DNA of 64,000 nucleotides from a virus. The stretch lies in IMG/VR virus record IMGVR_UViG_3300044675_005263, positions 32,001 to 96,000 of that record. One strand, given 5' to 3'. The notes below the pieces were generated by a model, which saw nothing but the letters and a program-made list of their open reading frames with translations, did no database searches and was not told the origin of the DNA. This document shows, piece by piece, positions 28,478-37,078 of this stretch; position 1 is the stretch's first letter, and every line of letters starts with the position of its first letter. The translations under genes and the position numbers were made by a program.

Positions 28478-30532
28478 ATGTCAATGTCATTTGTTTTCTC
28501 TTTTAAGTTATCCGAAGATTTCTTAGCAACCTATAAGGATAAGAAGGCTCCTTTCGGATATAGAGATGCAGGTGGCAACTCAGTAGGTGAGATTACTTTC
28601 CTTCGCACATACTCTCGTAAAAAAGAAGATGGAACCAAGGAGACTTGGCTTGAAGTTTGCGAGCGAGTAATCAATGGCATGTACTCAATTCAAAAAGATC
28701 ACTGCAAAACTAATCGTCTTCCTTGGTCTGACACTCGTGCAGCAGCTTCAGCTAAAGAAGCATTTGACCGTTTATTTAACTTGAAGTGGACACCACCGGG
28801 ACGTGGGCTTTGGGTTATGGGAACTCCACTTGTTAATGAGCAAAAGAACTCTGCAGCACTACAAAACTGTGCTTTTGTTTCAACACGAGAGATGACAAAG
28901 AATGATCCAGCAAAACCATTTGCATTCCTTATGGAAGCATCAATGCTTGGCGTTGGTGTTGGCTTTGATGATTTAGGTGCTGATAAAGATTTCACTATCT
29001 ATAAGCCAAACCCAGAAGTTGTTACAACAGTAGTCATTGAAGACTCCAGAGAAGGTTGGGTTACTTCAACTTCACAACTTATTAATTCATATTTGAAATC
29101 AGATCAAGTAACTCTTGCATTTGATTACTCACTTGTTCGTCCAGCTGGTGCACCAATTAAAATCTTTGGTGGAACTGCTGCAGGTCCAGATCCACTTATT
29201 AAACTCCACAACTACATTAGAAGGTTATTTGATGGCCGTGAAAATGAAAAAGTCACTCGTACTGATATCGCCGATATTGGTAATCTCATTGGCGTGTGCG
29301 TTGTTTCTGGCAATGTTCGTCGCTCTGCTGAACTCCTTATCGGAAGATTAGGCGATGAAACATTCTTAAACCTTAAGAATCCAGAAGTATTTCCAGATCG
29401 CAACTCATACGATCCAGAGAATCCCGGCTGGGCTTGGATGTCTAACAATTCAATCTCTGCAGAGGTTGGACAAGACCTATCAGGAATTGTTGAAGGCATT
29501 GCACTTAACGGAGAACCCGGCGTTGTTTGGCTTGACCTATCACGCAAGTATGGTCGCTTAGCAGATCCAATTAACAATAAGGATCATCGCATTATGGGCT
29601 ACAACCCTTGCGCTGAACAATCACTTGAGTCATATGAAATGTGTACTCTTGTTGAAACTTATTTAAATCGTCACGATGACTTGGAAGATTTTAAGCGCAC
29701 ATTAAAATTTGCTTATCTTTACGCAAAGACTGTCACTCTTCTACCAACACATTGGGAAGAGACCAATGCGATCATGCAAAGAAATCGCAGAATTGGCACG
29801 TCAATATCTGGAGTTGCTAACTTTGCAGATCGTATTGGATTACCAATCCTTAAGGACTGGATGGATAAAGGGTACAGCGTAGTTAAGAGTTATGACGTGA
29901 CTTACTCAGAATGGCTAGGTATTCGTGAGTCAATCAAGACTACAACCGTTAAGCCATCAGGCACAGTCTCAATCTTAGCTGGAGAGTCTCCAGGAGTTCA
30001 CTGGACTCCGGGCGGAAAATACTTCAATCGTGCTATTCGCTTTGCTAACTCAGATCCAATGCTTCCACTCTTTAAGATGGCTAACTACAGAGTTGAACCA
30101 GCATCAGAGTCACCTGACACAACTTCAGTTGTATTCTTCCCAATCGAATCAATGGCAGAGCGTGCAGAGAAAGATGTAACTATCTTCGAGAAGATGCACT
30201 TAGCTGCAGCAGCTCAATACTACTGGTCTGATAACTCGGTGTCAGTAACAGTTTCATTTGACCCAGAAACAGAAAAGCAACATGTTGGAACTGTATTACA
30301 TATGTTTGATGGCCAGCTAAAGACTGTTTCATTTTTACCATCTGGAAACTTTACATATCCCCAAATGCCTTACACGCAAATAACTCAGGAAGAATATAAT
30401 GAAGAAGGAGTTAATAAACTCTTCCCAATTGATTTTTCAGGAGTTTATGCAGGTATGGGAGCCGATGCTATCGGTGAGGCTTATTGCACAACCGACGCTT
30501 GTGAGGTTAAACTAATCGCAAATAATCAGTAA
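28478..30532 (+). CDS. nrdJ: adenosylcobalamin-dependent (class II, monomeric RTPR-type) ribonucleotide reductase
   Basis: RTYSR, PPGRGLW, LQNC, GNVRRSA, NPCAEQ.L...E.C, TVKPSGT, C-terminal CTTDAC. Confidence 0.95.
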   Translation: MSMSFVFSFKLSEDFLATYKDKKAPFGYRDAGGNSVGEITFLRTYSRKKEDGTKETWLEVCERVINGMYSIQKDHCKTNRLPWSDTRAAASAKEAFDRLFNLKWTPPGRGLWVMGTPLVNEQKNSAALQNCAFVSTREMTKNDPAKPFAFLMEASMLGVGVGFDDLGADKDFTIYKPNPEVVTTVVIEDSREGWVTSTSQLINSYLKSDQVTLAFDYSLVRPAGAPIKIFGGTAAGPDPLIKLHNYIRRLFDGRENEKVTRTDIADIGNLIGVCVVSGNVRRSAELLIGRLGDETFLNLKNPEVFPDRNSYDPENPGWAWMSNNSISAEVGQDLSGIVEGIALNGEPGVVWLDLSRKYGRLADPINNKDHRIMGYNPCAEQSLESYEMCTLVETYLNRHDDLEDFKRTLKFAYLYAKTVTLLPTHWEETNAIMQRNRRIGTSISGVANFADRIGLPILKDWMDKGYSVVKSYDVTYSEWLGIRESIKTTTVKPSGTVSILAGESPGVHWTPGGKYFNRAIRFANSDPMLPLFKMANYRVEPASESPDTTSVVFFPIESMAERAEKDVTIFEKMHLAAAAQYYWSDNSVSVTVSFDPETEKQHVGTVLHMFDGQLKTVSFLPSGNFTYPQMPYTQITQEEYNEEGVNKLFPIDFSGVYAGMGADAIGEAYCTTDACEVKLIANNQ

Positions 30533-30567
30533 AGGTTATTTGTTCAACCAAAACTTAATAGGAGATT

Positions 30568-30882
30568 ATGTATTTTAAAAACACACCATCATGTCTAGGA
30601 CTAGATATAAATTTGTTTTTTGTTGAAGATGATTCAGGTAATGCTAATTACACGAATCTAAATCACATCAAGCGAATGTGTAAAAATTGTCCAGCATTGA
30701 TGGAGTGTTTTGAATACTCAAGAGACAACCTAGTCCATGGGATATGGGCTGGAACTACTTTCAACGAAAGAGATACTTACAGACGTAAGAACGAAATAGT
30801 TGGTATACCTGTTGTACCGATCTCTTTAGTTAGAGATCACATAGACGCTTTAGAGAGAGAAGACAATGACTGTAGTAAGTAA
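30568..30882 (+). CDS. whiB: WhiB-family transcription factor (divergent)
   Basis: C...FF...C..CP...C, GIWAGT...ER. Confidence 0.85.
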   Translation: MYFKNTPSCLGLDINLFFVEDDSGNANYTNLNHIKRMCKNCPALMECFEYSRDNLVHGIWAGTTFNERDTYRRKNEIVGIPVVPISLVRDHIDALEREDNDCSK

Positions 30883-31168
30883 AGCTTTAAAACCAGTCCA
30901 CGACCAATGGGAGTGGCAGTATCAAGGCGCATGCAATGGCGTTGATACTGATGAGTTTTTTCTTGAAGAAAATATGCGTGGTAAAACTAAAAGAACTAGA
31001 GAGCTTAATGCTATTGCAATCTGCAACACATGTCCTGTAAAACAAGCATGTCTTGATCACGCTCTTAAAGTTCCAGAGGTCTATGGCGTCTGGGGCGGGA
31101 TGAATGAAGAGAGCAGACATGCACTCGCAAAAAGGCTAGGTATTGTTTATGGCATTATACGGATTTAA
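30866..31168 (+). CDS. whiB: WhiB-family transcription factor (WhiB3-like)
   Basis: W.WQ..GAC, FF, AIAICNTCPV...CL.HAL...E.YGVWGG. Confidence 0.92.
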   Translation: MTVVSKALKPVHDQWEWQYQGACNGVDTDEFFLEENMRGKTKRTRELNAIAICNTCPVKQACLDHALKVPEVYGVWGGMNEESRHALAKRLGIVYGIIRI

Positions 31169-31328
31169 GTGTCAAACTTGTTCAGTTGAGAGTGACTTAG
31201 AGTTCCCTATAGGAACTGCTCCGAGCACTTCTGTATGCTCCCAGCAAAGCTGTGAAGGGGAAATGACAAGAGTTTTTACTGCCAACCCAACAATATTTAA
31301 AGGAACAGGCTGGGCAGGGAAACGATAG
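31149..31328 (+). CDS. FmdB-family zinc-ribbon protein
   Basis: Y.FKC..C...C...C...M.RV......FKG.GW. Confidence 0.8.
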   Translation: MALYGFKCQTCSVESDLEFPIGTAPSTSVCSQQSCEGEMTRVFTANPTIFKGTGWAGKR

Positions 31329-31448
31329 AATTGTCCTAATGAAGGACAACCTTGCTCAATGGCGTTGTGATTGGTGCAAGAAACTTTATGTCGTGTCTAG
31401 TCTGGCACGAGACTGTGAAGACAGACATCTAGAAGGAGATGACGAACA

Positions 31449-32243
31449 ATGTCAGTAAAAGGATCAGTAGAGGCAATCATCGAGGTTGCTAAAAAAGAAG
31501 TTGGAACTGTTGAAGGTCCAAAAGATAACGAGACAAAATACGGTAAATGGACTGGAATGAACTTCCAGCCTTGGTGTCAATCTTTTGTTTCTTGGTGTGC
31601 GTTCACATCAGGTTTGGATCCTAAAAAGTATCCAAAGTCAGCATCAACTATTGCAGCATCAGATTTCTTTAAAAAGAATAACCGATGGGCAGATGCTCGC
31701 AATGATGACCCAACTCCAGGAGATTGGATCTATTTTGATTTCCCAGATGATGGTGTCAACAGAATTTCTCATGTTGGTATCTGTATCAAGAACAATGGAA
31801 ACGGAACCATTCAAGTTATTGAAGGAAATACATCTGGCACTGCAAAAGGAGATCAACGCAACGGAGGTATGTGCGTAGAGAAAACTCGTGCATATGTTAA
31901 GGATAATAAGTTAAAACTTCTTAACGGAATTGTTGGTTGGGGTCGTCCAGTTTATGCTGGAGAAGACAACCTTCCACTTCTTTCTAAGGTTGGATCATCT
32001 GATGCTCCAGCAGCAAAATCTGTAGCACCTAAGAAGCCAGCAGCATTCGTACCTTTGAAAAAAGGATCTAAGGGTCCTAAGGTTAAAAAGATTCAAGAAG
32101 CTCTTAAGCTAAAGGCTGATGGAGATTTTGGATCAGCAACTGAAAAGTCTGTCATTGCATGGCAAAAAGCTAATCCAGCTTTTGGCGCAGCAGATGGCGT
32201 AGTTGGCCCTAAGACTTTTGCAGAGCTAAGTAAGGATAAGTAG
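31449..32243 (+). CDS. endolysin: CHAP amidase + peptidoglycan-binding domain
   Basis: PWCQSFVSW, HVGI, IEGNT; C-terminal L..GS.G..VK.IQ..L...DG.FG..T. Confidence 0.9.
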   Translation: MSVKGSVEAIIEVAKKEVGTVEGPKDNETKYGKWTGMNFQPWCQSFVSWCAFTSGLDPKKYPKSASTIAASDFFKKNNRWADARNDDPTPGDWIYFDFPDDGVNRISHVGICIKNNGNGTIQVIEGNTSGTAKGDQRNGGMCVEKTRAYVKDNKLKLLNGIVGWGRPVYAGEDNLPLLSKVGSSDAPAAKSVAPKKPAAFVPLKKGSKGPKVKKIQEALKLKADGDFGSATEKSVIAWQKANPAFGAADGVVGPKTFAELSKDK

Positions 32244-32408
32244 ATGCTCGAAGTATTAGCAGTCTATTTAGCTCTATCTATTGTCATTGCTTACTATGCA
32301 ATTAAGGATGACAAGATTGCAAAAGGCTACAACCCAAACGCAAGAGATGGCGACAAAGACGGGCGAATCCAAGATGGAACTCGTTGGGAGCGTAAAGCAA
32401 AGAAATAA
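32244..32408 (+). CDS. 54-aa membrane-anchored protein with DGDxDG.IQDGT.WER motif
   Basis: translated by hand; TM then Ca-binding-like loop. Confidence 0.7.
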   Translation: MLEVLAVYLALSIVIAYYAIKDDKIAKGYNPNARDGDKDGRIQDGTRWERKAKK

Positions 32409-32499
32409 TAAGTTTCTAGGGACGCTACCCCTAGGATGGTGAAGAGGCAGCTTTATTCTACGGAATAGACTGCCTCTTCTTTTTGTTACAATATATACA

Positions 32500-32548
32500 G
32501 TCACTGCCGAACGGGGTGACATTAACCGTTACTGCCTTAGGGGGTAAC
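32500..32548 (+). promoter_or_regulatory. tandem twin-hairpin 5' leader of hsp20
   Basis: GTCAC-TGCCGAACGGG-GTGAC and GTTAC-TGCCTTAGGGG-GTAAC after TG-TACAAT -10. Confidence 0.7.
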
Positions 32549-32564
32549 AGAAAGCGAGACAGTC

Positions 32565-33020
32565 ATGTCTAGATTAGTACCATCAAATCAAACATATACA
32601 CCAATAACAACAACTTGGTCTCTACCTCAAATAGATAGTTGGACAGTTGGTTTTGATAGACATTGGAAGTTATTGGAAGATCTTCATAGTTCCACAACAA
32701 AGAACACTTATCCCCCATACAACATCCTCAAAATGAGCGATGAAAGTTATGGTGTAGAGCTTGCTTTGGCTGGCTTTAATAAAGACGAGATCGAGATTGT
32801 TCATCATAACGGAATCCTAAAAATCTCTGGAAAGAAAGATGTAGAGGTTTTAGGAAGCTTTGTTCATAAAGGTATAGCTACTAGAGACTTCGAGCATCAA
32901 TTTGCACTCGCAGATTATGTTGAAGTTAAATCAGCAACCTTTGAAGATGGCATCCTAAGAATTTATCTCAAGCAGGAGCTTCCAGAAGAAAAGCGTCCTA
33001 AGACAGTAAAAATCCAATAG
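32565..33020 (+). CDS. hsp20: small heat-shock protein Hsp20 (IbpA-like)
   Basis: YPPYNI, ELALAGF, HKGIA.R.F...F.LAD, A.FEDGIL. Confidence 0.95.
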   Translation: MSRLVPSNQTYTPITTTWSLPQIDSWTVGFDRHWKLLEDLHSSTTKNTYPPYNILKMSDESYGVELALAGFNKDEIEIVHHNGILKISGKKDVEVLGSFVHKGIATRDFEHQFALADYVEVKSATFEDGILRIYLKQELPEEKRPKTVKIQ

Positions 33021-33030
33021 CATCCCCATC

Positions 33031-33056
33031 GACCTGAGCACGTCTTTAAACTGCTC
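33031..33056 (+). ncRNA. H-type pseudoknot element, copy 2 (3' of hsp20)
   Basis: GAC-CU-GAGCA-C-GUC-UUUAAAC-UGCUC. Confidence 0.6.
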
Positions 33057-33084
33057 CATATCCTTTTTCTGATAGGCTGACACA

Positions 33085-33498
33085 ATGACAGAACTACAAC
33101 GCCCCCACTGGGATGCTTACTACACAAACATAGCCGTTGCAGTTTCCTTGCGTGGAGACTGTGTGCGAGCGCAACATGGTGCTGTAATTGTTAAGAATCA
33201 TAAGATTGTCTCTACTGGATACAACGGATCACCACCTGGAAGTGAAAACTCCTGTGGAGATACAGGTCAATGTCCTAGAGCTTTAGATCCAAACGCTAAA
33301 CATTCAGAGGGACAATATGATCTCTGCTGGGCAACTCATGCTGAAGCTAACGCAATCATTCGTGCATCGTGGGAAGAACTTCAAGGCTCAACCATCTACA
33401 TTACTGGTGCTCCATGTCCCGGATGTAGTAAGTTAATTGCTTCATCTGGAATTGAAAGACTTGTTTATTTTGATCCAGAAGGTGAAGAAGAAAATTGA
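33085..33498 (+). CDS. dCMP deaminase
   Basis: TGYNG, HAEANAI, PCPGC. Confidence 0.92.
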   Translation: MTELQRPHWDAYYTNIAVAVSLRGDCVRAQHGAVIVKNHKIVSTGYNGSPPGSENSCGDTGQCPRALDPNAKHSEGQYDLCWATHAEANAIIRASWEELQGSTIYITGAPCPGCSKLIASSGIERLVYFDPEGEEEN

Positions 33499-34283
33499 TA
33501 GTAGATACATACAAAGACATCTCTCCAGAGATTGTCAGCGCAATGAAACCTCTAATTAAAAAGTCTGACCACTACCATCATGGCCACGCTCGTCGCATGG
33601 CAAGAACTCTCCAAGTGATTCTTGACCAAAAACCTCAAGGTAGTTTTTTAGAAGTAGGAACAACAACACTCATACCACTCGTTCTTAGCAAGCTTGCTCC
33701 AGATCTAGACCTAACCGTTACTGACTTTAATCTAGATAAGCCTAAGCTTGGTGAAGACACCTTCACACTTCAAGATGAATCTATCAACCTCAAAGTTGGT
33801 CGTGTCAATATTGAAGATGAACCTCTTCCCTTCGACGATAATTCCTTCGACTTCATACTCCTCTCGGAAGTTATCGAGCACATGGAGGTCGACCCCATGT
33901 ACATGCTTTCAGAGATCAATAGAGTTCTTAAAGTCGGAGGAACCCTTTTAGTTACAACACCCAACTGTGCTAGCACTTGGGCAATTCATAAAATCATCAA
34001 TGGCATTGAGCCATACTTTTATATGCAATATCGCCACGATAGATCACGCTATAGGCACAACTACGAATACAGCATCCATTCCCTTACAGCCGTTCTTAAA
34101 GCTGCAGGGTTTGATGGATCAACTTGGACTGAAGATTCTTTTGAAGAACCGCACACAGCCATCGGTCTTCGTCTTGAGATGATAGGAATAAAACTTCAAC
34201 ATACAGGTGACAACATTTTTGCAGTTGCTAAGAAAGTAAGTGGCGTCGTTGATAGATATCCAAAGGTAATCTATGTTGATTGA
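33495..34283 (+). CDS. class I SAM-dependent methyltransferase
   Basis: LEVG, LPF.D.SFD....EVIEH, EI.RVLK.GG.L..TTPN. Confidence 0.88.
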   Translation: MIVDTYKDISPEIVSAMKPLIKKSDHYHHGHARRMARTLQVILDQKPQGSFLEVGTTTLIPLVLSKLAPDLDLTVTDFNLDKPKLGEDTFTLQDESINLKVGRVNIEDEPLPFDDNSFDFILLSEVIEHMEVDPMYMLSEINRVLKVGGTLLVTTPNCASTWAIHKIINGIEPYFYMQYRHDRSRYRHNYEYSIHSLTAVLKAAGFDGSTWTEDSFEEPHTAIGLRLEMIGIKLQHTGDNIFAVAKKVSGVVDRYPKVIYVD

Positions 34284-35208
34284 AAACGAAAAAGACGCTC
34301 CTACTATCCACCGACTAGGTGGAGAGATTAAGAATGTTCGTCGCTTAGCTGACCCTGATATTAAAGAGTGGTCTGCTACTAACTTATCTATTGGCTACCA
34401 TGAATCAACTGGCTACATTGGAATGCTTCGCTCTGGTAACTATGTCATTACTCCTCTAGGTCAGTATCAAGTTGTTACTGGTGACATAATTCGCAGCAAG
34501 ATTTATATTTCCGAACTTGATCCAGATACATATAAACTTACTAATTTACGAATGCTTGATGTCGAAAACATTTCAAAAGAAGGACCGATTCGTAGAGGGC
34601 TAGAAGATCCAAAACTTTTCTATCGTGATGATGCTTGGCACTTTACTTGCGTAACTATGGAGAAAGGTCATACAGAGAAGGCTCGTATGGCTATCTGCCG
34701 TCTTAGCGATGATCTCAAATCAATAGTTTCTTTTGAGAAGTTTGCTGGAGTTGATGCTCATAGACCAGAAAAGAACTGGATGCTCTCCCCTGACCCTAAC
34801 GAGTTTTTTGATTGGATCTATGGTCCTACATCTACTATTAGAAATAATAAGATGATCACTCATATGAATGATAACCAACAAATTGCAAGTCTTAGAGGCA
34901 ACAGTAATCTTCATCCATTAGAAGATGGAACATACTTAGCAGTTGTTCACAGACTCTTTACACGAACTATTACTAACAACACTCATAGATTTTATGTCCA
35001 CTACTTTGCAAAGTATGATAAAAGAGGAAAAATCATTGCTCTTTCACGAGGCTTTATCTTTGAGAATCGTGGTACAGAGTTTGCAGCAGGGTTAACAACT
35101 CAAGGTAATAACTTCCTTATTAGTTACGGAAGCAAAGATGTTTCATCTCATATAGCGATACTGCCACAAGAGTTAGTACTTAAATCATTACTGCCAATAC
35201 AGGAGTAA
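34273..35208 (+). CDS. beta-propeller glycoside hydrolase/phosphorylase-like protein (GH130/GH43-like fold)
   Basis: GLEDPKLF, EKNW, LRG.S, EFAAGL, ISYG..D. Confidence 0.65.
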   Translation: MLIENEKDAPTIHRLGGEIKNVRRLADPDIKEWSATNLSIGYHESTGYIGMLRSGNYVITPLGQYQVVTGDIIRSKIYISELDPDTYKLTNLRMLDVENISKEGPIRRGLEDPKLFYRDDAWHFTCVTMEKGHTEKARMAICRLSDDLKSIVSFEKFAGVDAHRPEKNWMLSPDPNEFFDWIYGPTSTIRNNKMITHMNDNQQIASLRGNSNLHPLEDGTYLAVVHRLFTRTITNNTHRFYVHYFAKYDKRGKIIALSRGFIFENRGTEFAAGLTTQGNNFLISYGSKDVSSHIAILPQELVLKSLLPIQE

Positions 35209-35217
35209 AATAAGACC

Positions 35218-35457
35218 ATGAGCGAACCTCTCTATGACACGATTCTCGATACACAACTGTCTTATGGAGATGGTGACCATGAGAGGTTTGCTCACTATGT
35301 TGATAAAGCAGAAGCTGTAAAGTCCATGGTTGAGGGAACACCTGTGATAGCTTTGTGTGGAAAGAAGTGGGTTCCATCAAGAGACCCAGAGAAGTTTCCT
35401 ATTTGCCCAACATGTAAGGAGTTGTATGGAACCTTTAACTCCAACCCCGACGCTTGA
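35218..35457 (+). CDS. DUF3039 actinobacterial protein
   Basis: GDHERFAHYV...G.PV.ALCGK.WVP.RDP.KFP.CP.CK..Y. Confidence 0.9.
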   Translation: MSEPLYDTILDTQLSYGDGDHERFAHYVDKAEAVKSMVEGTPVIALCGKKWVPSRDPEKFPICPTCKELYGTFNSNPDA

Positions 35458-35635
35458 ACCTATCAAAGCAATCGGTCCACAAGACCGCTGCGATAGCTGT
35501 CAAGCTAAAGCATATTACTTAGTTCAGTTCCCTTACGGGGATTTGTTCTTCTGCAACCATCATTTTGTTAAGTACGAAGATGCGCTTGTCGAAAAAGCAA
35601 CTGACATCTTTGATGAGTCAGATTTTATAGAATAA
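35426..35635 (+). CDS. small actinobacterial Zn-binding protein
   Basis: DRCD.C.A.AY......L.FC.HH. Confidence 0.75.
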   Translation: MEPLTPTPTLEPIKAIGPQDRCDSCQAKAYYLVQFPYGDLFFCNHHFVKYEDALVEKATDIFDESDFIE

Positions 35636-35636
35636 C

Positions 35637-35912
35637 TTAAACAGTTTCTTCTATAGACTCTGGAGCTAGAAGCTCAGCTGGTTGAACAATAACTAAATCT
35701 TCAGTTACAGCTGGGACATCGAATTTTCTAAATACAATGTTATCCATAACATGATCGCCTTCTTCAGGCTCAGATACGATAACAAATTCAGAATTTCTAA
35801 AGACCGTTATAACATCCTCGTCTTTAACGTGGGAGCATGACTCGACATGGCGAATAAGCTCATACACGCTGTCTGGCTTTGATTCAAAACCACATACATC
35901 GATACATCTCAT
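35637..35912 (-). CDS. hypothetical protein
   Basis: C...C...H...C, AGGAGG RBS. Confidence 0.65.
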   Translation of the reverse strand: MRCIDVCGFESKPDSVYELIRHVESCSHVKDEDVITVFRNSEFVIVSEPEEGDHVMDNIVFRKFDVPAVTEDLVIVQPAELLAPESIEETV

Positions 35913-36004
35913 TGGAAGTCCTCCTTAGACTAAACCTATTGTACAGGTAAGATCCTCCCCTGTGTTGCCTGGACTTTTAGTCGATCTTGGCATATCATTA
36001 GGTT

Positions 36005-37078
36005 ATGACAGAATATAAGCGTCTCGAGAGGGCAAGGAAACCTCTTGAGTCTGTAGTTCAAATGGACGACTTACTGTGGGATGTAATACGTCCATTTGAC
36101 TATTCGACAGATGGAACAGAGAAGTTTTACCCTTTTGAAGTTCCAGAAGATCTACCTAAAGATTATTCAATAGGAGTTATTGTTGGAGCTTCAGGCACAG
36201 GAAAATCTACTCTTCTCAAAGAGTTTGGAAAAGCCACTCCAGTTGTTTGGGATACCAAGAAAGCTATTGCTTCTCACTTTGAATCTGCAGAGGATGCAGT
36301 AGAGCGCCTATCAGCAGCAGGTTTGATGAGTGTTCCAGAGTGGGCTAAACCATTTCAAGCTTTATCTAATGGACAGCAGTTTAGAGCAGGTCTTGCTCGA
36401 TCTCTTCATAGTGGAGCAGTCCTAGACGAGTTCACATCTGTTGTAGATAGGAATGTTGCTAAAGCAGCTTCTACTTCAATGGCTAGATATGTAAGACGAA
36501 ATGGACTTAAGCAAATAACAATTGCTACTTGTCATAGAGATGTTTTAGAGTTCCTCGAACCTGATTGGGTAATTGATACTGATCGTGGTGAGTGGACCTC
36601 GGGAAGGTATCTTCAACGACCTCAACTGGTACTCGACATATATCCTTGCTCAAACTTACTTTGGAGTTACTTCGCTAAGCACCACTATCTCTCCGAGTCT
36701 CTCAACAAAGCCTCACACAACTACATGGCTATCTGGGAAGGAAAAGTAGTTGGGTTTTCATCCGTCATGGCTTATCCATCAGGAACCGTGCAAAATGCTT
36801 TCAGAGAGCATAGACTTGTCGTACATCCTGACTATCAGGGTTTCGGTTTTGGACCACGCATCTCCGAAGCAGTAGCTCGACACTACACAGAAAATGGAAA
36901 GCGATTCTTCTCAAAGACATCGCATCCACGACTAGGTGAGTATCGAGACCAATCACCAGTGTGGAAACCAACATCGAAGAACCATATGAGGAGGACAGAT
37001 GGCAAAGCAACGAAAAGTAGGTGGGAGCTCAACAACGAAAGGTGGAGTTATTCCCACGAATTTATCGGATCTGTCTAA
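36005..37078 (+). CDS. ABC-type ATPase fused to GNAT (Mom-like) acetyltransferase
   Basis: GASGTGKS, LSNGQ, LDEF, TCH; then HHYL and RLVVHPDYQGFGFG acetyl-CoA motif. Confidence 0.85.
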   Translation: MTEYKRLERARKPLESVVQMDDLLWDVIRPFDYSTDGTEKFYPFEVPEDLPKDYSIGVIVGASGTGKSTLLKEFGKATPVVWDTKKAIASHFESAEDAVERLSAAGLMSVPEWAKPFQALSNGQQFRAGLARSLHSGAVLDEFTSVVDRNVAKAASTSMARYVRRNGLKQITIATCHRDVLEFLEPDWVIDTDRGEWTSGRYLQRPQLVLDIYPCSNLLWSYFAKHHYLSESLNKASHNYMAIWEGKVVGFSSVMAYPSGTVQNAFREHRLVVHPDYQGFGFGPRISEAVARHYTENGKRFFSKTSHPRLGEYRDQSPVWKPTSKNHMRRTDGKATKSRWELNNERWSYSHEFIGSV

